Translations under genes and position numbers: made by a program
From: Candidatus Hydrogenedentota bacterium
GTDB lineage: Bacteria > Hydrogenedentota > Hydrogenedentia > Hydrogenedentales > SLHB01
Length of the DNA stretch: 64,000 nucleotides
Direction of reading: 5' to 3'
NCBI GenBank assembly: GCA_963668025.2
Contig: CAXXTH010000022.1
Coordinates: 128,001-192,000, forward strand
Shown: positions 31,336 through 41,863 of the stretch, in pieces
How positions within the stretch are numbered: position 1 is the first letter of the stretch
Layout of the letters: each line of letters opens with the position of its first letter
Notes under the pieces: model-generated
Told to the model about the DNA's origin: nothing
What the model saw: only the letters and a program-made list of their open reading frames with translations
Database searches by the model: none

Positions 31336-32376
31336 ATGGGTGAAGAAAAAAAGAAGCGTGGATTGCGATGGCTGGAATTCGGAGCGGTAATTGTATTCAT
31401 AATAGTACTTTTCATAGTTGGGCTGCCTGCCTTTAGTAAGTTCAGTGAATATAGCAGCCGTTCGTCGTGCCAGAACAATCTCAAGCAATGGGGCGCGATT
31501 TTCGACATATACGCCAATGAAAACCAAGGACTGTTTCCTCCCCCTATCCGTCATCAAATACTAGGCCAGCGCATGCTGCGCGGATTCGCGGCGGAAACGC
31601 TCTATCCCAATTATTGGACTCGGCTGGATTACGCCATTTGCCCTTCTTCTTCCCGTGGAAAAAGCTACCTAGAACCTCCGATTGATGCGCTTGCGACCGA
31701 TGGTGCGGGCGAAGTATGCCGTTCGGCGCTATTATCGCGGCCCATTTCCTATGTGTATTCGGCATACGCCGCCACTACCACGCCAGATTTCGCAGAATGT
31801 ACACTATTACACGCGGAACAACAGAAACAGCTTTGGGACGCGGAGCCGCAGTCTTACAGGATCTGGCGCGCGGGCGAATTGGCGGCGGCAGGATGTCTTG
31901 CCTGGAAACGCAAGGAAACTGCATCTCCGCCCTATGAAAGCGAGGGGGTGACATATGGCCCCTACGAGCCAGAAACGCTGGAAGGCCAGAGTTCGAAGTA
32001 TGAACAATTGTCCAGCGAATCCACTTTGCGCAAGTCCTATCCGCGCATGCGCAAAGGCGTAGAACGTTTCTTCCTCACGGATATCAACAATCCAACTCTT
32101 AAAGAACTAAGCGCCAGCGCCATCGGCGTGATGTGGGATGTCTGGGGCGAACCAGACATAGGCCTGCCGAATCTGCCCGGAATAGCTTCTCCGATGGTGA
32201 TGATTTTTAATCATGTGCCGGGCGGCTCAAATGTGCTTTATATGGATGGCCATGTGGCGTATGTCAAGTTTCAAGAGGGATATCCACTGCTGGAAGATCG
32301 CGAAATGACGCAGAACGCGGACTTGATCGATATTATCAGCCAAACGGTGATGCCGGACGTATTCATGATGCATTGA
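31336..32376 (+). CDS. Prepilin-like DUF1559 / H-X9-DG domain protein
   Basis: KKKRG|LRWLE class III-like leader, SCQNNLKQWG, ERFFLTDINNP, NHVPGGSNVLYMDGH. Confidence 0.85.
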   Translation: MGEEKKKRGLRWLEFGAVIVFIIVLFIVGLPAFSKFSEYSSRSSCQNNLKQWGAIFDIYANENQGLFPPPIRHQILGQRMLRGFAAETLYPNYWTRLDYAICPSSSRGKSYLEPPIDALATDGAGEVCRSALLSRPISYVYSAYAATTTPDFAECTLLHAEQQKQLWDAEPQSYRIWRAGELAAAGCLAWKRKETASPPYESEGVTYGPYEPETLEGQSSKYEQLSSESTLRKSYPRMRKGVERFFLTDINNPTLKELSASAIGVMWDVWGEPDIGLPNLPGIASPMVMIFNHVPGGSNVLYMDGHVAYVKFQEGYPLLEDREMTQNADLIDIISQTVMPDVFMMH

Positions 32377-32423
32377 TGCCCTATTTTACACGATGCAACT
32401 CAACCTATAGGAGTGTAGGAACC

Positions 32424-33503
32424 ATGAAGATGTTACGCATCAACCGCATCGAATTCGCTGTGCTGCTCACCATCGTCGTTGCATTTGCATTGTTGTTGAC
32501 GCCTGCGGCGCGCATGGCGCTGGCGCAGGACACGAAGAGCGCCTGCCAAAACAACCTTAAACAATGGGGCATCGTCTGCAAGATGTACGCCAATGAAAAT
32601 AAAGGCAGCCTATACCCCCCTCCCATGCGCTACCACGTACTTGGCCGGAGACTGCCCCGCGGATTCGCGGCGGAAGCGCTGTACCCTGAATACTGGACTG
32701 ACATCAGTATCGCCATCTGTCCCGCCGATCCTCGTATAGACAGCCCATTGGCGGATCAAAAGACAGGCGTGCAACAAGATTTTATTGGGCAAACCCAGGC
32801 TATCACGGCGAGAGGCACGGATGAATCAAGCAAGAAAGTTTGCCTGAATACATTATTATCTCAACCTATTTCGTATGTCTATTCCGGTTACGCTACTACT
32901 AGCATGCCAGAATTCACCGACGCTACACTAAGCCACGCGGAAGCGCTCAAAGCTGAATGGGATGCAAATCCTGATTCTTATCAATCTTGGACGGCGGCGG
33001 AGATGATCGCTGCAGGCTGTCCCAATTGGCGTTCAATCAGACGCGGGGCTGCATATGAGTTAGAAGGCGTCATCTATGCAAAAAATGACATCAAGCAACT
33101 GAAGCCAGGAACCTTCAGCAATCAATTACGGCCCGAAAACAAAGAAGCGGAAGAACGCGGATGGACTTTGCCGGAGTACCTCATGTTGTCGGAAGGCGTC
33201 GAGCGCTTTATGATCACGGATATTAATAATCCCGCTGCAAGCGCAATGGCGCAAAGCAGCATAGGGCTGATGTGGGATGCGTGGGGCCCTCAAATGGATA
33301 TCCCGTTGAACGCCCCGGCGGACACGGAAGTAAAAAACATGCGCTTCCACCACACGCCTGGCGCATGCAATGTGTTATTCATGGATGGGCATGTTGAATT
33401 TGTCAAATTCAGTGAAAAATACCCATGCACGGCGGCGCTGGATGATGGCACAGTCAGCCCCTTGATACTGGCCGTCATGGAACGGGCTGGCGGGCAAGGG
33501 TAA
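32424..33503 (+). CDS. DUF1559 / H-X9-DG domain protein, tandem paralogue
   Basis: ACQNNLKQWG, ERFMITDINNP, HHTPGACNVLFMDGH. Confidence 0.85.
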   Translation: MKMLRINRIEFAVLLTIVVAFALLLTPAARMALAQDTKSACQNNLKQWGIVCKMYANENKGSLYPPPMRYHVLGRRLPRGFAAEALYPEYWTDISIAICPADPRIDSPLADQKTGVQQDFIGQTQAITARGTDESSKKVCLNTLLSQPISYVYSGYATTSMPEFTDATLSHAEALKAEWDANPDSYQSWTAAEMIAAGCPNWRSIRRGAAYELEGVIYAKNDIKQLKPGTFSNQLRPENKEAEERGWTLPEYLMLSEGVERFMITDINNPAASAMAQSSIGLMWDAWGPQMDIPLNAPADTEVKNMRFHHTPGACNVLFMDGHVEFVKFSEKYPCTAALDDGTVSPLILAVMERAGGQG

Positions 33504-33565
33504 CACAATTTACCCTTCTCATAAGTTTGAGTCCCAGAAGTATGAACCTGTAATCTTAGTGGCTG

Positions 33566-33616
33566 GCCACATTGGCCTTGATGCCCAGGCCTTCTTCGGC
33601 ATCAAGGCCAATGTGG
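33566..33616. repeat. Perfect 19-bp inverted repeat
   Basis: CCACATTGGCCTTGATGCC ... GGCATCAAGGCCAATGTGG. Confidence 0.7.
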
Positions 33617-33917
33617 CTCCCAACACCGTAGAGCACTTCAAGATTGGCCTTGCGCCTTCCCTATACCACCGATTCATCCCTTTTCCCAATCTGCCTGGAG
33701 TTATGGCTAGACATGCAGGCTGTCCGTAGCTTTACTTTTCTATTTGTCCAGGAATTCGAGAAAACCGCGATTAAGAAATCGTAATCCAATCACTAGATCA
33801 TATTTTAATATTGGGATGGTAGTCTCTCATCGAGGGTTGAAATCGTGCCGCTTGCAGAATAGTTAGAGAAACAACTCGTGTGCTGGACCGGCAGGGTTCA
33901 TTAGCGCGCCATGGAAA

Positions 33918-35474
33918 GTGAGGAAAGTGATGAATACGGCATCGACAATGATTGCAAAAAGACGCTATGCGCCGTCCCTTTTCTGTTCTGCTTTGTCCAT
34001 CTTGTTCTTTGTTACGCTGGCCGGTGCGGATCCATACACCCAAAGTAGTGGGACAGTAAGCAAGACTGGCCAGGCGTATACGGCAAGTAATCAGGATGAA
34101 TCGGGCGTGCTTGTCACCGGAGGTGAGTTCACACTGTCCGACTCAACCGTCACAACAACAGGCAATACCTCGTCGGGCGACAATAGCAGTTTTTATGGGC
34201 AAAATGCCGGGGTATTGGCCAAATCGGGCGGCAAGATAAACCTTTCGGGCTGTACGATAACCACGAGCGGTACGGGGGCGAATGGCGTTTTTGCGTATTA
34301 TACCGGCTCTACCGTTACAATGACGGATTGCACGGTTTATTGTTCTGGACAACTAGCCCATGGCATCATGGCCAGCGGCGGCGGGACGCTTACCGCAACA
34401 AATGTCGATATAACGACATTGAATCGCAATGCCGCCCCTATCGCCACGGACCGGGGCGGCGGCACGATTACCGTAACCGGTGGAACCATGATCGCTTCTG
34501 GTGCGGATTCGCCAGGCATCTATTCCACCGGAGTGATTTCTGTTACCAGCGCCACCATCGAGGCAACGGGATCTGAGGGCGCCGTGCTCGAAGGGAAAAA
34601 CACCATTACCCTGACGGACACCAACCTATCCGGAGGACAAACCAATTACGGCGGCGTCTTGCTGATGCAGAGCATGTCGGGCGACTCCGATATAGGAACT
34701 GCGAGCTTTATCATGGATGGCGGCACGCTCACCGCGCCAAACGGCTCTCTGTTTTTCATTACGAATACTACAGCGACCATTACGCTGACAGGGGTTAGCG
34801 CTTCCGCCACGTCAGGAACTCTCCTGACCGCGTGCGCCACCGACCGATGGGGCACTACAGGCTCGAACGGCGGTTTAGTGACATTGACCGCAGACGAACA
34901 AACACTAGCGGGTAATGTGGCCGTGGATAGCATCAGCACGTTTTCTGGCGCGCTGCAAAATGGTTCGACACTAACAGGCGCCATAAACGCGGCTAATACC
35001 GGCCAATCCGTGTCGCTTGCACTGGATGCGGCCAGCACCTGGACCGTTACGGCGGATTCGTATTTGAGCAGCCTGTCCGATTCCGACGGGATTTCCGGCA
35101 CATCTGTAACCAACATTATTGGCAACGGCAACAATGTCTTTTACGATCCAGACGAGAGCGCCAACAGTTATCTCGACAGCCAAATCTACTCATTGGTGAA
35201 TGGGGGCTACCTGGCGCCGGTTGGCGCTGAAATCATAGATACCGATGAAGATGGGCTTCTCGATAGTATAGAAGAAGAACTCGGAACGGAGCCAGATAAC
35301 GCAGACACGGACGGCGATGGACTTTCGGACGGTTACGAGGTAAGCAATGGCCTGGATCCGCTAGATCCCAGCGACGCGGCACGCATCGATTTACCCGCTG
35401 CTTCCTGTATGCTTATGTTCTTGGCAATGGCATTCGCAGGAATGGCCATCGCATGGCGTCGGCGCAAGGCATAG
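33918..35474 (+). CDS. Secreted Thr/Gly/Ser-rich beta-helix-like protein with Ca-binding DxDxDG repeats and a C-terminal sorting segment
   Basis: Signal peptide, repetitive T/G beta-strand pattern (ATDRGGG, SPGIYSTG), DTDEDG/DTDGDG repeats, LPAAS-TM-RRRKA. Confidence 0.7.
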   Translation: MRKVMNTASTMIAKRRYAPSLFCSALSILFFVTLAGADPYTQSSGTVSKTGQAYTASNQDESGVLVTGGEFTLSDSTVTTTGNTSSGDNSSFYGQNAGVLAKSGGKINLSGCTITTSGTGANGVFAYYTGSTVTMTDCTVYCSGQLAHGIMASGGGTLTATNVDITTLNRNAAPIATDRGGGTITVTGGTMIASGADSPGIYSTGVISVTSATIEATGSEGAVLEGKNTITLTDTNLSGGQTNYGGVLLMQSMSGDSDIGTASFIMDGGTLTAPNGSLFFITNTTATITLTGVSASATSGTLLTACATDRWGTTGSNGGLVTLTADEQTLAGNVAVDSISTFSGALQNGSTLTGAINAANTGQSVSLALDAASTWTVTADSYLSSLSDSDGISGTSVTNIIGNGNNVFYDPDESANSYLDSQIYSLVNGGYLAPVGAEIIDTDEDGLLDSIEEELGTEPDNADTDGDGLSDGYEVSNGLDPLDPSDAARIDLPAASCMLMFLAMAFAGMAIAWRRRKA

Positions 35475-35495
35475 TGCCGAATGCTGCCCGGGCAT

Positions 35496-35524
35496 TTGAC
35501 GTGGCAGGTCTTCTCACGTAGAAT
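35496..35524 (+). promoter_or_regulatory. Putative sigma70 promoter of serC
   Basis: TTGACG-17 nt-TAGAAT. Confidence 0.6.
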
Positions 35525-35589
35525 CCTGTCAACCGGGAGGCCGATTCGAGCGAACAGAAATGCTTCCCTCATTGAGAAGGAGTCACGCC

Positions 35590-36684
35590 ATGACAGAACG
35601 CGTCTACAATTTTTCCGCCGGACCCGCAGCTCTACCCTTGCCCGCACTCGAAGAAGCCCAGCGCGACTTGCTGGCCATCGGCAAAGAAGGCGCTTCCGTG
35701 ATGGAGATCAGCCATCGCTCGAAAACCTTCGATGGCATCTTGCAGACGGCCAAGGCCAACATCAAGGCGTTGTTGAATATACCAGACAACTACCGCATCT
35801 TGTTTCTACAAGGCGGCGCAACGCTTCAGTTTTCGATGGTTCCCATGAACCTGCTGCGCGGCTCGGGCAAAACCGCCAGCTATATCCTCACCGGTTCGTG
35901 GGGCGGAAAAGCGTTGAAAGAAGCCAAGAAAGAAGGCGCTACCAGCGTGGCGTGGGATGGCAAACCAGAGGGATTCGTACGAGTTCCCGCTCCATCTGAA
36001 CTGGCCCTCGAGCCGGATGCGGCGTATGTGCATTTTACCTCGAATGAGACCATCGAGGGCGTGCAATTTAAGACGGAGCCCGAAGCGGGCGGCGCGCCGC
36101 TGGTGTGCGATATGTCATCCGATTTTCTGTCCCGCCCCTTCCCCGTGGACCAATACGGGATTATTTATGCCGGCGCACAGAAGAACATCGGGCCATCGGG
36201 CATTGCCCTAGTTATCATGCGGGAGGATTTGCTCGAACGGACGCCTGCGGGCCTGCCGTCACTGCTCGATTATAAGCTCATGGCGGAAAATGATTCGCTC
36301 TACAACACCCCCCCCACGTTCGGGATCTACATGATCATGCTGGTGACTAAATGGATCATCGAGACCGTGGGCGGCCTGGATAAGATGGCGGCGTTGAACG
36401 CGCGCAAGGCGGCCGCGCTCTATAGCGTCATTGACGCCAGCGGCGGATTCTACAAGGGCCATGCCGCAGTAGAATACCGTTCGGACATGAATGTCACATG
36501 GCGCCTGCCCAGTGAAGAACTGGAGAAGGATTTTGTCGAACAAGCGAAGGCAGCCGGTTTGGTCGCATTGAAAGGCCACCGCTCGGTTGGCGGTATTCGC
36601 GCATCGATCTACAATGCCATGCCGATGGAAGGCGTGGAAGCGCTGTGCGGCTTCATGGCGGATTACCAGAAGAAAAATGGGTAG
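35590..36684 (+). CDS. serC: Phosphoserine aminotransferase
   Basis: NFSAGPA, SHRS, AGAQKNIGP, NTPP, GHRSVGG.RASIYN. Confidence 0.97.
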   Translation: MTERVYNFSAGPAALPLPALEEAQRDLLAIGKEGASVMEISHRSKTFDGILQTAKANIKALLNIPDNYRILFLQGGATLQFSMVPMNLLRGSGKTASYILTGSWGGKALKEAKKEGATSVAWDGKPEGFVRVPAPSELALEPDAAYVHFTSNETIEGVQFKTEPEAGGAPLVCDMSSDFLSRPFPVDQYGIIYAGAQKNIGPSGIALVIMREDLLERTPAGLPSLLDYKLMAENDSLYNTPPTFGIYMIMLVTKWIIETVGGLDKMAALNARKAAALYSVIDASGGFYKGHAAVEYRSDMNVTWRLPSEELEKDFVEQAKAAGLVALKGHRSVGGIRASIYNAMPMEGVEALCGFMADYQKKNG

Positions 36685-36692
36685 TTGGTGCT

Positions 36693-36732
36693 AAGCGGGG
36701 CGCTTTCGAAGGTGAAAGCGCCCCTTTTTTTT
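36693..36732 (+). terminator. Intrinsic terminator of serC
   Basis: GGGGCGCTTTC-GAAGGT-GAAAGCGCCCC followed by T8. Confidence 0.85.
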
Positions 36733-37618
36733 ATTCATGAAGATCTTTTACTTGAATGCTTGCATGGATATGCTTTAGAAAAGCCTGCTCGGCGCGGGTC
36801 TGATACGCGCCCCGCCGCCAGATGGCTCCAATCCGCACCGGCGGCAAACCGGATACATGGATTCTCTCGAGCGCCCGGTCGCTGGGCTGGATGGCCACAC
36901 TGGGCAGGAATGACAATCCCACTCCTTCGGCCACGTAGCGCTTGATCACCTCGAAGCTGCCGCTATCCAGCACAATTTGAGGCTCGAAGCCCTCCCGGCG
37001 AAAATGCTCCCGCAACAGGCCGCCCGTGCGGGTAGTTTCATCCAGCAGTAGAAACGGCTCTCCCGCGAGGTCCGCCAGGCATAGTTGGCGCGGCTTGCCG
37101 CGCAACCAGCGCCGGGGGGCCACCAAGACCAGTTCTTCTTGAAACAATTCACGTTCTTCCAGCTCCGTCCGCTCGACAGGCAGCGTAACAATGCCCAGAT
37201 GCAGCTCGCCACGCGCCACTTGCTCCGCGATGGCGCTGGACGGGCGGTTCACCAGGGCCAGGCGCGTGCGCGGCATGGCTTTCGCGAATGCCCGCACTAC
37301 GGGCGGCAGCACATAAAGCGCGGTCGTGTCGCTCGTGCCCACATGCAGCGCCTGGATATCCGCTTCATCGAGATCCGCCAGTTCGCGGACAAGGCTTTCC
37401 GCCGCACCCAGGATTGCGCTGGCGCGGGCGTAAAGCCGCTGGCCAGCGGGCGTGGGCGTACAGGTGCGCCGTTCAAGCAGCATGTGGCCCGCCTCGCGTT
37501 CCAGCGCCTTGATTTGCTGGCTCACGGCAGGCTGGGAACGGTGCAGCCGGGCGGCGGCGGCATGAAAACTGCCGCATTCGATAATGGCGCAAAAGCACCG
37601 AAAACCTTCCAATGTCAT
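36731..37618 (-). CDS. LysR family transcriptional regulator
   Basis: GSF..AA..L..SQPAVSQQIKALE, TPAG, substrate-binding domain. Confidence 0.95.
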   Translation of the reverse strand: MTLEGFRCFCAIIECGSFHAAAARLHRSQPAVSQQIKALEREAGHMLLERRTCTPTPAGQRLYARASAILGAAESLVRELADLDEADIQALHVGTSDTTALYVLPPVVRAFAKAMPRTRLALVNRPSSAIAEQVARGELHLGIVTLPVERTELEERELFQEELVLVAPRRWLRGKPRQLCLADLAGEPFLLLDETTRTGGLLREHFRREGFEPQIVLDSGSFEVIKRYVAEGVGLSFLPSVAIQPSDRALERIHVSGLPPVRIGAIWRRGAYQTRAEQAFLKHIHASIQVKDLHE

Positions 37619-37733
37619 GATAAGTTCTCCTTATCATTAATATTAAAAGATTTCATTTGACTTATACAAGAGCAGTGATTAAGGTTAAGGAAGGAACCGG
37701 CGCTAACGCCGCACACGCCATGGAGAGCCTAGC

Positions 37734-38804
37734 ATGACGGAACATCAAGAAGGACTCAGTTATCGGGACGCAGGGGTCGATATCGACGCCGCCACCGAAG
37801 CGCTCAAACAGATTAAGACCTTTGTGAACCGCACGTTCGACGATAATGTATTGAAGGATATTGGCACGTTTGGAGCCATGTACCGCTTGGATGCGAGCGG
37901 CATGGAAGAACCCGTGCTCGTATCGAGCGTCGATGGCGTGGGTACGAAACTTAAAATCGCGTTCATGATGAATAAGCACGACACGGTGGGCATCGACCTC
38001 GTGTCGCATTGCGTCAACGACATTCTAGTGCAAGGCGCGCGCCCGTTATTTTTCATGGATTACCTGGCATCGGGAAAACTCGAGCCCGCCGTGGTGGTCG
38101 AAGTGCTGCGAGGCATCACGAATGGCTGCCGCTACGCCGGGTGCCCGCTTATTGGAGGCGAGACCGCTGAGATGCCCGATATGTACCGCCCGGGGGAATA
38201 TGACATCGCGGGCACCATTGTCGGCATCGTAGACCGCAAGAAAATTGTGGATGGCGCGGATATTCAAGAGAGCGATGTGCTCATCGGGCTCGAGTCTTCC
38301 GGCCTTCATACGAATGGCTACAGCTTGGCGCGCAAGATTTGCTTTGAAGTGGCGGGGCTTGCCTGCGAAGACCCCATGCCGGGCGTGGGCCGCACCGTGG
38401 GCGAAGCGTTGCTCGAACCGCATCGGAGCTACGCGAAAATCATCCAGATCATACGTAAAATCGTGGATGTCAAAGGCATGGCCCATATTACGGGCGGCGG
38501 CATTACGGATAACGTGCCGCGCATTCTGCCAGAAGGGCTCGGCGTGGAAGTGCAGCTCGGGACATGGGAAACCCCTCCCCTCTTCCATTTCTTGCAAGAG
38601 CGCGGCCGTGTAGATGAATTCGAAATGCTTCGGACATTCAACATGGGGATTGGGTTTGTGCTGGTGGTGCGTGAACATGACTTGCACCGGGCCATGCATG
38701 CTTTTAACCAAAGCGGCGAAGCGGCGCATGTCATTGGCAAAGTCATCCGGGGCGAATCCAAAGTGAGTTATACAGGGAGTGTGCAATATGCCGCATCGAA
38801 TTGA
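37734..38804 (+). CDS. purM: Phosphoribosylformylglycinamidine cyclo-ligase
   Basis: Y..AGVDI, DGVGTK, GGETAEMP, SSGLHTNGYSL, HITGGG, TFNMG. Confidence 0.97.
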   Translation: MTEHQEGLSYRDAGVDIDAATEALKQIKTFVNRTFDDNVLKDIGTFGAMYRLDASGMEEPVLVSSVDGVGTKLKIAFMMNKHDTVGIDLVSHCVNDILVQGARPLFFMDYLASGKLEPAVVVEVLRGITNGCRYAGCPLIGGETAEMPDMYRPGEYDIAGTIVGIVDRKKIVDGADIQESDVLIGLESSGLHTNGYSLARKICFEVAGLACEDPMPGVGRTVGEALLEPHRSYAKIIQIIRKIVDVKGMAHITGGGITDNVPRILPEGLGVEVQLGTWETPPLFHFLQERGRVDEFEMLRTFNMGIGFVLVVREHDLHRAMHAFNQSGEAAHVIGKVIRGESKVSYTGSVQYAASN

Positions 38805-41763
38805 AGTGGGCATGAAGCCAGGCTTGCCGGATGCGGCGGGCATGGGCGTGCGCCGCAGGCTTGCGGATGATCTAGGGATCCAGGCCGCCGATGTTCGTGT
38901 AATACAGGTATATACCATTAATGCAGAACTGAGTTTAGATGAACTCGAGCGTATCCGCACGGAGCTATTCACTGATCCCATTATCCAGGATTCAACTGTT
39001 GACGCTTCCCTCGCCCTAGGCGAGGCATATCATGGATTCGCGTACGCCATTGAGGTGGGCTTTCGTCCTGGCGTGACGGACAACGTGGGCAAAAGCTCCG
39101 CGGAAGGCATTAGCGATACGCTGGGCCGCAGCCTCAAAACCGGGGAAGCGGTCTTCACCTCCCGCCAATATTTGATGTATGGAGAGGTGTCGCGCGCCAC
39201 ATGTGAACGCACGGCGCGTGATTTGCTGGCCAATGAACTGATCGAGCGGTGGACCGTCAAGACGCAGGATGAAATGGCCGCATTGAACGGGAAATCCCTC
39301 CTCGGCCTCCCCATCGTCAAGGATGAAGGCGGCGCGGAAGTACACACCATAAACCTTGAGGTAGGCGATGCGGAGCTGATGCGTATCAGCCGGGATGGGA
39401 TGCTGGCCCTGGAATTGCACGAAATGAAGGCTATCCAGGCCCACTTCCGCGATGCGGCTGTGCATGCGCGCCGCGAAGCCGCGGGCCTTCCCCCCCACCC
39501 CACGGACATCGAGCTCGAGATCATCGCCCAGACGTGGTCGGAGCATTGCAAGCATAAAATTTTTAACGCCCTTATTGAGTACACGGATGCGGACGGCGCG
39601 AAGCACGTTATCGACAGCCTGTTCAAGACGTATGTCAAGAAAACCACCGATGAAGTGGGCAAAAAGGTTGGCTGGCTGGTGAGCGTGTTCCACGACAACG
39701 CGGGGATCATCCATTTTGATGAAAACCATCATTTCGCGCTCAAAGCCGAGACGCATAACAGCCCATCGGCCCTCGACCCTTATGGCGGCGCGATGACGGG
39801 CATCGTCGGTGTGAATCGCGACATCCTGGGCGCGGGCATGGGCTGCCGGTGTATTTTGAATACGGATGTCTTTTGTTTCGCATCGCCCTCGTATGCGGAA
39901 GAGATACCCGCGCGGCTGCTGCATCCCCGGCGTGTGTTCCGGGGCGTCCACCAGGGAGTGAAAGACGGCGGCAATCAGAGCGGCATCCCAGATGTGAATG
40001 GGGCCATTGTGTTTCATGACCGCTTTCTGGGAAAACCGCTGGTATTCTGCGGAACCGGCGGCCTGATCCCCACCACCGTCGATGGGAGGCCCAGCCATGA
40101 GAAAAAGGCCCATCCCGGAGATCTGATGCTCATGATTGGCGGGCGCATCGGTAAAGACGGCATCCATGGCGCTACGTTCTCCTCGGAAGAATTACACGAA
40201 GGCTCTCCCGCCACGGCGGTGCAGATCGGCGATCCCATCACGCAAAAGAAAATGGCGGAGTTTGTGCTGGAAGCGCGCGATCGCGGCTTATTCACCTGCA
40301 TTACCGACGATGGCGCGGGCGGCTTATCCTCGAGCGTGGGCGAAATGGCGCGCGGCTCCGGCGGTGCGGAAACACATCTCGATAAGGCTCCACTCAAATA
40401 TGCCGGACTCGCCCCTTGGGAGATCTTTCTCTCCGAGGCGCAGGAACGCATGACCCTCTCCGTGCCGCCGGACAAGCTCGATGCCTTCCAGCGCCTGGCG
40501 AAGAAACATGCGGTCGAGAGTACGGTGCTGGGCGCGTTTAATGATTCCGGTTATCTGGAATGCTATTACAATGGCAAGCTCATCGGCTCTCTGGATATGG
40601 AATTCCTGCATGACGGCGTACCGCGCATGCATCTCGAGGCGGCTTGGACGCCGCCCCTGCTCGAACCGGAAATCCTAGTCGAAAGCGGCAATCTGCTCGA
40701 AGATCTTAAGGCGGTGCTCGGCAGCTTGAATGTATGCAGCAAGGAGAGCTTCGTGCGCATGTACGACCACGAAGTGCTGGCGCAAAGCGTGCTCAAACAG
40801 TTCCAAGGCGTGGCGCATGACGGCCCCGGCGACGCCGGCGTCTTGCGGCCCGTGCCCGGCTCGAAGCGCGGCCTCGCGCTTTCGTGCGGCATCTGCCCGA
40901 AATACAGCGATATCGACACCTATCACATGATGGCGTGCGCGATCGACGAAGCCGTACGCAACCTGATCGCCGTGGGCGCGCAACTAGGCTCGATTGCGGG
41001 GCTGGACAATTTCTGCTGGCCCGATCCCGTGCAAAGTGAGAAAACGCCTGATGGGGCTTATAAGCTGGCGCAGCTTGTCCGCTGCTGCGAAGCGCTGTAT
41101 GACGTGTGCCTTGCGTATGACATCCCGCTCATCAGCGGAAAAGACAGCATGAAAAACGACTATAAGATCGGCGACACTAAGATTTCGATTCCGCCGACGG
41201 TATTGTTCACGGCGGCCGCCGTGCTTGATGACGCCACGAAGGTGGTTTCCATGGATGTGAAGAGTCCTGTCGACATCGTATACGTCCTTGGCAAAACCCA
41301 AGTGGAAATGGGCGGCGGGGAATACCTTGCCCTGCGCGGCCAGCTCGGAACGAGCGTGCCGAAAGTGAATGCGCGCGCGGCGCGCATGCTGTACGAAAAA
41401 CTGTCTGCTGCTATTGCCCAGGGCTTGGTAGCGTCATGCCACGATTGCTCGGATGGCGGGCTCGGCGCGGCCTTGGCGGAATCGTCCTTCGCAGGCGGCT
41501 TCGGCATGGACATCGACATTACGCCAATAGGACTCGAACAAAATATAGCTGCGCTGTTCAGCGAATCGCAGAGCCGTTTCGTCGTGACTGTCACACCGAA
41601 GCATGCGGAGGCATTTGAGAAAGCCTTAGCGGGCTGCCCGGTAGTGAAGCTGGGATGTGTCATCCCCGAAACGCAATTCCGCTTGCGGGGACGGAACGGA
41701 TATTCCGGAGAAATGGCTCTCGCGGAATTGAAAGAAGCATGGCAGCGGCCTCTTCGGTGGTGA
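38788..41763 (+). CDS. purL: FGAM synthase subunit PurL with N-terminal PurS-like repeats
   Basis: QTWSEHCKHKIF, ETHNSPS, DGIHGA, SEAQERM, GKDSM, HDCSDGG. Confidence 0.95.
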   Translation: MPHRIEVGMKPGLPDAAGMGVRRRLADDLGIQAADVRVIQVYTINAELSLDELERIRTELFTDPIIQDSTVDASLALGEAYHGFAYAIEVGFRPGVTDNVGKSSAEGISDTLGRSLKTGEAVFTSRQYLMYGEVSRATCERTARDLLANELIERWTVKTQDEMAALNGKSLLGLPIVKDEGGAEVHTINLEVGDAELMRISRDGMLALELHEMKAIQAHFRDAAVHARREAAGLPPHPTDIELEIIAQTWSEHCKHKIFNALIEYTDADGAKHVIDSLFKTYVKKTTDEVGKKVGWLVSVFHDNAGIIHFDENHHFALKAETHNSPSALDPYGGAMTGIVGVNRDILGAGMGCRCILNTDVFCFASPSYAEEIPARLLHPRRVFRGVHQGVKDGGNQSGIPDVNGAIVFHDRFLGKPLVFCGTGGLIPTTVDGRPSHEKKAHPGDLMLMIGGRIGKDGIHGATFSSEELHEGSPATAVQIGDPITQKKMAEFVLEARDRGLFTCITDDGAGGLSSSVGEMARGSGGAETHLDKAPLKYAGLAPWEIFLSEAQERMTLSVPPDKLDAFQRLAKKHAVESTVLGAFNDSGYLECYYNGKLIGSLDMEFLHDGVPRMHLEAAWTPPLLEPEILVESGNLLEDLKAVLGSLNVCSKESFVRMYDHEVLAQSVLKQFQGVAHDGPGDAGVLRPVPGSKRGLALSCGICPKYSDIDTYHMMACAIDEAVRNLIAVGAQLGSIAGLDNFCWPDPVQSEKTPDGAYKLAQLVRCCEALYDVCLAYDIPLISGKDSMKNDYKIGDTKISIPPTVLFTAAAVLDDATKVVSMDVKSPVDIVYVLGKTQVEMGGGEYLALRGQLGTSVPKVNARAARMLYEKLSAAIAQGLVASCHDCSDGGLGAALAESSFAGGFGMDIDITPIGLEQNIAALFSESQSRFVVTVTPKHAEAFEKALAGCPVVKLGCVIPETQFRLRGRNGYSGEMALAELKEAWQRPLRW

Positions 41764-41863
41764 GTTGGGGAGATGACGCAGCACGGCATAGCCACAACCT
41801 AAGAACCCGGATTTTTGGACCACGAAACACACTAAATACACTAAACTTGATGGGATCTTGTCA

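Noticed and set aside
35525-35589. Riboswitch in the serC leader (also checked the purM leader)
   Set aside because: Both leaders are short and lack recognisable aptamer or terminator elements.
38788-39270. Missing purS as a pathway gap
   Set aside because: The PurL N-terminus carries two PurS-like repeats, a known fused arrangement.
39016-40167. 383-aa antisense ORF, and similar ones at 44180-45412, 38046-38981 and 27930-28823
   Set aside because: Shadow ORFs opposite well-supported genes in GC-rich sequence, with no recognisable motifs.
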